From Haliotis rubra (Eukaryota), in NCBI RefSeq assembly GCF_003918875.1, contig NW_025765814.1, forward strand, positions 1,488,001-1,552,000: 64,000 nt of DNA, given 5' to 3'. A program made the translations under genes and the position numbers. The notes under the pieces are model-generated. The model was not told the origin of the DNA, made no database searches, and saw nothing but the letters and a program-made list of their open reading frames with translations. Shown one piece after another: positions 39,594 through 50,200 of the stretch. The first letter of the stretch is position 1. The number at the start of each line of letters is the position of its first letter.

Positions 39594-42500
39594 TCAGCAG
39601 CTCACACCAAACGTATACGATGTCGTCTGCCGGTATGTCTCCCCCGGACGTAGAACGGTGTTGGGAAAACTTGGCTGAAACAGATGGAGACGTGGTGGAG
39701 CTGCTGTATGTTGTGTTAATATAGAGTAACAACTTCTCTGTGACCGTTGTTGGTAGGCTGTCAGTTAACGGTAACCAAGTTAGAGTTAACTTATTCACCT
39801 CGCCTTGATCATTGTTCAACAGACTGATTGAAACCGTCACTCACTCATTCACCTTAAAACTTGCCCCTTAAACAGTGCTCCTTTTGTTGTCAGTGTAGTG
39901 CTGACAAACCATTTAAATACTCTGGGGGGAGTGCTGACCCTTCTGATTGATGCTGTCAGGGTAGTGCTGACCCACATGATTGATGCTGTCAGTGTAGTGC
40001 TGACCCACCTGATTGATGCTGTCAGGGTAGTGCTGACCCACCTGATTGATGCTGTCAGGGTAGTGCTGACTGTCCAGTGTAGTGCACCTGATTGATGCTG
40101 TCAGGGTAGTGCTGACCCACCTGATTGATGCTGTCAGGGTAGTGCTGACCCACCTGATTGATGCTGTCAGGGTAGTGCTGACCCACCTGATTGATGCTGT
40201 CAGTGTAGTGCTGACCCACCTGATTGATGCTGTCAGGGTAGTGCTGACCCACCTGATTGATGCTGTCAGGGGGTAGTGCTGACCCACCTGATTGATGCTG
40301 TCAGGATAGTGCTGACCCACCTGATTGATGCCCACCTGATGTCAGGGTAGTGCTGACCCACCTGATTGATGCTGTCAGGGTAGTGCTGACCCACCTGATT
40401 GATGCTGTCAGGGTAGTGCTGACCCACCTGATTGATGCTTGTCAGGGTAGTGCTGGACCCACCTGATTGATGCTGTCAGGATAGTGCTGACCCACCTGAT
40501 TGATGCTGTCCAGGATAGTGCTGACCCACCTGACTGATGCTGTCAGGTAGTGCTGACCCACCTGATTGATGCTGTCAGGGTGTGCTGACCCACCTGATTG
40601 ATGCTGTCAGGGTAGTGCTGACCCACCTGATTGATGCTGTCAGGGTAGTGCTGACCCACCTGATTGATGCTGTCAGGGTAGTGCTGACCCACCTGATTGA
40701 TGCTGTCAGGGTAGTGCTGACCCACCTGATTGATGCTGTCAGGGTAGTGCTGACCCACCTGATTGATGCTGTCAGGGTAGTGCTGACCCACCTGATTGAT
40801 GCTGTCAGGGTAGTGCTGACCCACCTGATTGATGCTGTCAGAGTAGTGCTGACCCACCTGATTGATGCTGTCAGGGTAGTGCTGACCCACCTGATTGATG
40901 CTGTCAGGGTAGTGCTGACCCACCTGATTGATGCTGTCAGGTAGTGCTGACCCACCTGATTGATGCTGTCAGGGTAGTGCTGACCCACCTGATTGATGCT
41001 GTCAGGGTAGTGCTGACCCACCTGATTGATGCTGTCAGGGTAGTGCTGACCCACCTGATTGATGCTGTCAGGGTAGTGCTGACCCACCTGATTGATGCTG
41101 TCAGGGTAGTGCTGACCCACCTGATTGATGCTGTCAGGGTAGTGCTGACCCACCTGATTGATGCTGTCAGGGTAGTGCTGACCCACCTGATTGATGCTGT
41201 CAGGGTAGTGCTGACCCACCTGATTGATGCTGTCAGGGTAGTGCTGACCCACCTGATTGATGCTGTCAGGGTAGTGCTGACCCACCTGATTGATGCTGTC
41301 AGGGTAGTGCTGACCCACCTGATTGATGCTGTCAGGGTAGTGCTGACTCACCTGATTGATGCTGTCAGGGTAGTGCTGACCCACCTGATTGATGCTGTCA
41401 GGGTAGTGCTGACCCACCTGATTGATGCTGTCAGGGTAGTGCTGACCCACCTGATTGATGCTGTCAGGGTAGTACTGACCCACCTGATTGATGCTGTCAG
41501 GGTAGTGCTGACCCACCTGATTGATGCTGTCAGGGTAGTGCTGAGCCTCCAGACAGAATCCTCCATACTGGGAGTAGTTGGCACCTCCCTTTCCTGCCAT
41601 GTCCTGCAGATAGAAGCTGGTGTAGAACTGCACCCCTGGCTCTGTGGTGTGGCACTCCATCCACCTCCCACTCGGCGGGTGCTCCACTCTGTTGGCACAA
41701 CGCATCATGTATGTTGGCATAGGACCTTAAGAAAACTCTTAAGTGCATTTCAGATGACACACGTCGTGTTATTCTGACTTGTTATACTCAAACGCTGGCC
41801 AGTTTTACTTGAGAGGCCATAAATGCTTTTGCAAGATGACGCCCATGAAAGAAATGCTTCATAGCGACGGAAAGTTTATCATATCCTAGTGAAACTGACA
41901 CTGTTGTTATCCCGTGACCGGATTTACCCGCTGGAAAGATTTGTATCATTTTCACACTTCCCACCTTGCTGCTAGACGCCTTTCTCCAGACAGGGACAGA
42001 TTGAAGTTGTGGTCGAACCCCTTCCCACCGGGCACCTGCCCAAGCCGGTCTCCAAGACGTACGGGGGACCTCAGGTCCCATTCCGTTCCCCCCACTTTCC
42101 GGATCTCACCTGGAACAGACAAAACGCCCAATGACGTCATCACCATGGGATTCATGGTTGCAGTCGGTGCCTGTCACGTATGGTCATCGTAGGATGAGAC
42201 TATATGGAACTGATTGGTTTGATCATTGTTCAAAATATCAATGACGTAATTGTCCAGATGTGATTTAGTTACAGGCTCGCTGCGTGCGACGTTAAACAAC
42301 AACTGACAGTCGTCATGGTGATGTCAGTATGTACCACAGGCAGCACGAACCTTACCTGTTGGAATCGCGTAGTCATCCACAGGTAAGAAAGATTCTGCAT
42401 TGAGTTGAACAACATGGTCATGAACCTTCCCAGAGCCCTGAGAACATAAATATGCAACATGACTGTCACACATCCCCTTTGGAGAAAGGGTGTAATGTAT

Positions 42501-45500
42501 GATTGAAGGGGGGGATCTGAAAATAATCCATACAGTGTAAGCATGTGTTACTGTGCTGACCTTGTATGTGTTCAGATGAAACTACCATGTGTATATTGCG
42601 GTCATTTAACTTAGGATAATAAATATACAGGACTCTATTTTTTTGTTACATTAGCACTATAGATATTGATATTGTGTCGTATTGTGTTATTTGTATTGTG
42701 TCTTTCTAAACTTGTGAAGTAAACATGCATGCTTCCATGGGGCTTGTGTTCAGATATAGTCTGACACTTTGACCGCGCTGCTAACATCCTTGACCACGGG
42801 ATTGTTTCTTATCTTTAGACTCGATAAATAATACAACACGCCAATCTCCAGAATCCTCAGATATTTTCCCCATCTCAAGTTTCCCCAGTTCGAAGTTTCC
42901 ATGGCAACTCACATGGCCTCCAAGGTTAAAGTAACCGTGGCTGCTGAAGTTGACAGGTGTTGCCTTGGTCGATGTTGCCGTGTAGTCAATGATCAGCTCA
43001 TTCTCATCAGTCAGTTCGTATGTGACTGTCAGAGTTACCTCCCCTGGGTAGTTCTCCTCACCGTCAGGACTGATGTATTTAAGGCTCAGTCTGTTTCCTT
43101 CAACCTTGGCCTCCCAGAATCTCTAGAACAGAGATGAGATTAGGGATAAGATGAGTGAGTGAGTTTAGTTTTACACCGCACTCAGCAATATTCCATCAAT
43201 ATGGCGGCGGGATAAGATGAATACTGGGCGTACGAATTACCTGACGTTTAAAGTCAGCTCAGTTATCAGACTGTTTGAGGAAACTTAAGTGACTCAGATT
43301 GTTTGTCAGTCATATTTAACTCTGCAAAATAGTTCATGCTATTTGATAGCGTTCTGTAAACAGTCGTGAGTTAGTGAGTTTAGTTTTACGCCGCACTCAG
43401 CAATATTCCAGCTATATGGCGGCGGTCTGTACTATAATCGAGTCTGGACCAGACAAGCGAGTGACCAACAGCATGGGCATCGATCTACAATTGATATAAG
43501 ATGACATGTGCCAATTAAGTCAGCGAGCCTGACCACCAGATCCCGTTGTCGCCTCTTACGACAAGCATGGGTTGCTTGGACCAATAGTTTTTGGACATGG
43601 TCCGTCATAGTTGGCATCATAATCCAGACAGCACCGACCTTCCCGAATCCTCTTGTTCCTCCATGCAGACTGTTGGGTCCATCGTTGACAACCAGAGAGT
43701 AGGAAGTGCCATCGAGACTGAACTGTCCACCAGCGATCCTGTTAGCCACCCGACCGATCAGAGCACCAACGTACCCGCTCTTAGCATAGCCTCACATCAT
43801 GAAAAAATATACAATAGATAAAATATGTTTTGTATACAGCTTCACCCTATGTGTGAGGGGCATTTTGTTTAATATGGATTGGATTCTCAGCCATTAACTG
43901 AAGCAAAAGTCTTGATATATACATGTCTTGCCCACCTTCCATGTCATCAAAGCCGAGGCTTATGTCCTCCATCTTGCCGTCCCTGTCGGGGACGATGATG
44001 TCAGTGATGATGCCGCCATAGTCCAGGACTCTCACGATGGCGTTGTTCTTGTTCTTGAAGGTGTATCTGCAATAAAGAAACATGTCATGATTTTGTTGTT
44101 CTTGGTCTGGAAGGTTTATCTGAAACGAGGAAAACACATTCTTGGTCTGTGACGTGTATCTGAAACTTTGGCACGTGTACAATCTCCATGGTAACATGCA
44201 TGATCCGGCAGGCCAAGCGCTAGGATACCAGTTGCAACCGTTTACATTTACGTTACCAATTTACAAAATCACAACTTTCAGTGTGCCAGGAGATGCATCG
44301 CGTTTGGATATATCCTGTGAATATCAAAATAATTGACAACAAAATGTGTTTAACACTTGTACATTTTCCTTTAGGGCATTACATATTGTAACAAAATGGA
44401 AGCACAAACACGTCCAATATTATCTAGCAAAGCTGTGGCCCCTTGCCTAATGCAAGTAGGATGTGGTGGTAAGGGTTCGCTTCAATTCCCAAATGAGTAC
44501 ATTTTGTGAATATCTCAGATTGGAAGATTAATTTATACCGAGACAATCACTTCAACATTAAAAACATATATGTATAATAATGTTGCCTGTATATGTCGAT
44601 ATTTAACATGTAATTTGTCTCGTTCCAGAGAATGCATATGCAGAACCTGACCAATAGGTAAGGAATATCAAGGTAGAATGGTTTAGACACGCTGTAAAGT
44701 GTCATTCAGTTGATATATCATTCAAGCGATGGGGCTATATCGGATCATGTGTTATTGGCACTCTCTATATAAGAGAAATAAAAGAATTAAACGCCATTTC
44801 CATGATCATAAGGCATGTCTTTTCACAGCTGTGTAGACTATATGATTCTGACTATATCATGAGCATGTGTTTATGAGTGAGTGAGTGAGTTTTTGGTTTT
44901 ACGCCGCTTTTAGCAATATTCCAGAAATATCACGGCGGGGGACACCAGAAATGGGCTTTACACATTGTACCCATGTGGGGAATCGAACCCGGGTCTTCGG
45001 CGTGACGAGCCGACGCTTTAACCACTAGGCTACCCCACCGCCCCGCATGTGTCTATGAATTGCTATAAAAAATTGAAGGTGACTGTCCTGTCAAAAAACA
45101 CGCTAATGATGATCATTTGGTAACAGTGAGTGACTCGGCCGACATTTGCCGACGGCAGCCACCGATGTTCAGTCTAACACAGACATGCTCGACAATTTCC
45201 GAGTCATCGGTATAAAGCTGGGTCCCGATCCACAAAGCGTTCGTAGCGCTACGACATTCGTAAGCCTATGATAAACTATAGAGTTACGACAGTTCGTAAC
45301 GTTACGAACGCTTTGTGGATCGGGCCCCTGGACTAGTTCTGATTGCGGCACAAAACAACAGTCAGTTATTTTACACGACAATACAGGTAACTCGATACAA
45401 GTTTGACTGTCGTAGGGATCTGTTCTACAAATAGATGCTACAATGACTGTTGTAAGGCTAGGTTTATGCAAAGCTATTACAGTCGTCTTAAAAACTGGTT

Positions 45501-45723
45501 TCACTGGGATATAGTATGTACCAAGCTCTATTTTGGTTTCTCTGTGCGATAACAAAGTCCTTGACCCTGTTCAACAGCCTAGAGCTCCAGGATTTGACTT
45601 CAAAGTAAGATCGCTACATACAAACACCCTCTGAACCTCTGAACAAATCAATCCCTTCTCATGTCACCTTGTAACTTCCTCCCCTTCTGTAGTTTTACCA
45701 AATACATCCTTGGAGATCGGCAT
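39594..45723 (-). CDS. GALM: Galactose mutarotase (aldose 1-epimerase), paralog A, 8 exons, 342 aa
   Basis: Exons 45668-45723, 43936-44066, 43639-43790, 42913-43122, 42356-42437, 41965-42109, 41517-41688, 39594-39674; all GT-AG, phases consistent, total 1029 nt. Motifs GRVANRI, NSLHGG, GEENYPG, HGYFNL, GFDHNF, VQFYT, GFCLEAQ. Confidence 0.93.
39931..41544 (-). repeat. 33-bp minisatellite = exon 7 end + splice donor (GALM-A intron 7), about 49 units
   Basis: Minus-strand unit CAGCACTACCCTGACAGCATCAATCAG|GTGGGT; first unit is the real exon end. Confidence 0.97.
44875..45044 (-). mobile_element. F2 tRNA-SINE, full length, in GALM-A intron 1
   Basis: A/B boxes, GTCACGCCGAAGACCCGGGTTCGATTCCCC (tRNA-Asp-like), near-identical TSD GCATGTGT(T/C)TATGA. 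Confidence 0.88.
45221..45327. mobile_element. Palindromic Harbinger-type MITE
   Basis: GGTCCCGATCCACAAAGCGTTCGTA...TACGAACGCTTTGTGGATCGGGCCC with CTG on both flanks; similar element at ~59708-59823. Confidence 0.8.
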
Positions 45724-47235
45724 GGTTGTGTCGAGAGACAGACAGTTGATACACGCCTTATCAGTCATGAATAGCGTGCGGCAGTTATCTTCCCTTGTGA
45801 CCGTAGGGTTCATCTCAAAACATTTCTATCATATTTTATGATAGACTCTTTGTTTACTGCCGAATAACTAACATACTCCTACTCGAGAAATGTTGACAGT
45901 TATACAGCCGTGAAGATCCAGGTTAGAATTGATCTTCAGTAACCCATTCATGTCGTTAACGGCGACTAACAGGGATCGGGTGGTCAGGTGACTTGGTTGA
46001 CACATGTCGTCGTATCCCAATTGCGTAGATCGATGCTCATGCTGTTGATCACTTGGTTGTCTGGTCTAGGTTCGATTTTTTTACAGACCGACGCCATGTA
46101 GCTGGAATATTGCTGAGTGCGGGGTTAAACAAACAAAACATATCCGATACAGAAATACAGTATAATCATGTCTCACAGGTGAATGTTTATTTTATTATTA
46201 TTATCATTCTTGCATGTCACAACACAGGACCCTTGAGTGAGTGAACACTCAATACATCCACAGAATGTCTGAGCATATTTGACGATTGAGCACCTTTTCA
46301 GAAGTCACTGGTAACCTGTCTGAAAAATTACTCTCGTATAACAAAGTTCTCTTTGGCCGTCTGCAATGTTTATCAAACGAGATGCACGAACTTCCATTGT
46401 CAGACTGTGAGAAAAGCCATCTGTAGTCTTACTGTTCTGAACATATCTGACAACATAAAAAAATTACGAACCACGTGTAGACAGACTGAAACGTTCATGT
46501 TTGTTTACATCTTGTTTCAAGGTCATGATCACTGTCAAGAGTAAAGATCGAGTCTCTCTTATTACAACTTACCATACATCGGTAAAGTAAGAGTGAGTGA
46601 GTTTTTTTACACTCCTTTAAGCAATATTCCTGCAATATCATCGCCAGAAATTGGTTCATACATGGTACCTGGTAAAACAAGAACAGGAACACACTTCCGG
46701 ACACATACACACGTTGTTACATTCCGCCGACATGCCGATACGGTAACATATTAGTTAAAAAAACAAAACAAACACCAAGACAATCCAAAATAACTGTAAT
46801 TGTAATGCTTTGGTCGGATCTACAAAGTCTTAACTATCATAAAAGCCAGTTGACGATGTCATTAAAGATATACAAGATGTTTTTAAAATTTTTAAAATTC
46901 ATTGCATGTAAATATAACAATTGTTCTTCTTTTCTGAAGTGGTTTCCACTGTGTAACTTTTGAAGGATGTGCCGATTAGTTGACATATTGACGAGTGAGG
47001 TGCGTCTATATATGTGAAGTATTCGTAAAAGCTATACCTTTGTCCATTGCCCCAGCCGATAGAAAGAATTCATGCTGCTTGAATTAGGACATATAACAGT
47101 TGAATCAGGTTCCAGAGGTCAAGAAGACCAAATAACAACCAAATATTGAATTATCATAGACCCAGGTATTCAGTATCAGTGTGGTAGGAGCATCGTTGAT
47201 CGCAATACGACAAGGAAGGTCGAAGTTCACGTTTC

Positions 47236-50200
47236 TCAGGTGCTGACTCCAAACGTATACGATGTCGTCTGCCGGTATATCTCCCCGGGACGTAGTACGG
47301 TGTTGGGGAAACTTGGCTGAAACATGTAGAGTAAAATCTTAAAAAGCGGGCAGCTGTGGAATACATATGAACAAGAGCCAAGATAAGTATTGATGAAAAA
47401 CATCCTTTTGGAAATGGTTTGTTTGTACAACACCATTACGTGTTTTCTTTACGTGTTTTTCATTTACGTGTTTTTCTTTATTGTTTTTTTTCTGTATGAC
47501 CTGAAGTCAGACGAGGCTATATTTTAAATCTGCTTTTGTTTTCATCATTAAGAATCAGTTGGACAACGATGTCGGAGAACAGTTTGGAGACAGAGGAATC
47601 TTTGTGCATTAAGATTTTTTGTTTTACTTTTGTATACAAGTGATTTGTGCATATTTGCCGCATTACAAAGAAAGATAGAAGCTTTTATTAATTTTTGCCT
47701 TAAAAGTCATAGATTAGACTGATATTTTAGTTTTCAGAAACGGTAGAAAACTGAGAAAAAATAAGAACTTGAAGCTTGGTGACGTGTCTTGTTAAGTGTC
47801 CTCATATTCTAGTTATCTCGGTATATTGATTTCCAATAGATTCTGTTGTCTCAAAGCTAATAAGGCTACCATACCAGCCACCATAATATTACTCCTATAG
47901 TCTTGTTTAGAATATTTGATTTTCAGTGCTGACCCACCTGATTGACGCTGTCAGGGTAGTGCTGACCCACCTGATTGATGCTGTCAGGATAGTGCTGACC
48001 CACCTGATTGATGCTGTCAGGGTAGTGCTGACCCACCTGATTGACGCTGTCAGGGTAGTGCTGACCCACCTGATTGACACTGTCGAGGGTAGTGGTCAGG
48101 GTAGTGCTGACCCACCTGATTGATGCTGTCAGGGTAGTGCTGACCCACCTGATTGATGCTGTCAGGGTAGTGCTGACCCACCTGATTGATGCTGTCAGGA
48201 TAGTGCTGACCCACCTGATTGATGCTGTCACGGTAGTGTCGACCCAACTGATTGACGCTGTCAGGGTAGTGCTGACTCACCTGATTGATGCTGTCAGGGT
48301 AGTGCTGACCCACCTGATTGATGCTGTCAGAGTAGTGCTGACCCACCTGATTGATGCTGTCAGGGTAGTGCTGACCCACCTGATTGATGGTGTCACGGTA
48401 GTGTCGACCCAACTGATTGACGTTGTCAGGGTAGTGCTGACTCACCTGATTGATGCTGTCAGGGTAGTGCTGACCCACCTGATTGATGCTGTCAGGGTAG
48501 TGCTGAGCCTCCAGACAGAATCCTCCAAACTGGGAGTAGTTGGCACCACCTTTCCCTGTCAGGTCTTTAATGAAGAACCCGGTGTAGAACTGCACCCCTG
48601 GCTCGGTGGTGTGGCACTCCATCCACCTCCCACTCGGCGGGTGCTCCACTCTGCAATCAGTTTATGTAGCAAAATACAAGTCTCGTTTTAACAACTACAG
48701 CAGACCTGTCATACGGAACACCAATCTTTTCGAATAAACCAATTCGTTCGAGACAAACAGAGTGCGGGTATTAAGTCTTAAACGAAGACATCACAGTATT
48801 CGTCTCCGGAAATATCAGAATATATTTCTAACAAAACCATGAGATACAAGCCTCTGCTTGGATGTCTGGTTTCTCCGATTCTTTGAAAGGTAGATTAGGA
48901 AGGGTGGCTTCTCTGCCGTACAAATACGGACAGGCAAACGGTTTATCATTATTGTTGGGGGTGATGAATGGTTGTTACGACAGCAGTTGAAGAAGCCTGA
49001 CAAGCTTATCTATTTACGCATCACTATATCATAGTTGATACCATCACCATATTGAAACATCCCGTTAACCTACGTAAACTACGTTCATACCGAACACGCT
49101 TGTAACGAACCGACGGATATAACGAACTGTTTCTTTCGCTACGGCCACTAGCTTCATATTTTACTCGAAGCGGTTGTACCGAACTGCTGTTATAATGAAC
49201 TAAAATTATTGGTCCCTTTAAGTTCGTTTTCACCGTATGTTACCGTATTAATCCATTGTGAAATATTGGCATCATGTCCAACGTCCCAACCTTGCTGCTA
49301 AGCGCCTTTCTCCAGACACAGACAGATTGAAGTTGTGGTCGAACCCCTTCCCACCGGGCACCTGCCTAAGCCGGTCCCCAAGACGTACAGGGGACCTCAG
49401 GTCCCATTCCGTTCCCTCCACTTTCCGGATCTCACCTGGAACAGTCCAGACACTTCAGTATGATGAGGTAATAACAGGTAGAATTTCAAAAAATTGCCTG
49501 TATATCTTCACCACACGTCGTTAACCAGTAGTTACTGATTTACCTGTGGGAATCGCGTTGTCATCCACAGGTAGGAAAGACTCTGAATTGAGTTGTACAA
49601 CGTGATCATCAACCTTCCCTGAGCCCTGGCAAAAGACAACAAACAACATGATTTAATCGCGTCACGAACAGCTTGAGTGCATGTTAGTGTGATAGTTGAT
49701 TTAAAACCTAATGTTTGATGACATTCTAGAAGTAAGTGAGATTATTGCATACAGCGAGGTTTCGGTGTAGATTGTTACACCGTTTTCAAGCTTAAAACCG
49801 GTGTAAGACTCCCTTGACCCCATCGGTTCCTGTAGTTATTCATTGGTGCATGGTCATTACATAGTCAAATACCGTTGTGCCGAAGTTGTGTCGAGACCTA
49901 TATGTAATTACTTCGAGTTATCCGAAGTTCGACACAAACGCAAAATAATGACTAAGGAAGGAATAAGCAGTGACCACGCAGGCTTTTGCCTCGAGATTAC
50001 CGTAAATTCGACACAACGGTGTTTGTACCAATCAATTCACAAACATATCATTTTGACATCTGGCTTGTCCTGAAAGTTTAATGAAACGTGGCAACTCACA
50101 TGGCCTCCCAGGTTGAAGTAAGCATGATTGGTGAAGTTGACAGGTGTTGCCTTGGTCGATGTTGCCGTGTAGTCAATGATCAGCTCATTCTCATCAGTCA

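Noticed and set aside
39931-41544. CRISPR-like appearance of the 33-, 37- and 40-bp arrays
   Set aside because: Head-to-tail repeats without unique spacers, eukaryotic context, no cas genes
39898-41777. Long repetitive ORFs ([11 protein letters not shown])n on + and ([11 protein letters not shown])n on -; also at 47.9-48.7 and 58.2-59.1 kb
   Set aside because: Alternate frames of the stop-free 33-bp unit; only the [11 protein letters not shown] frame is continuous with a real exon
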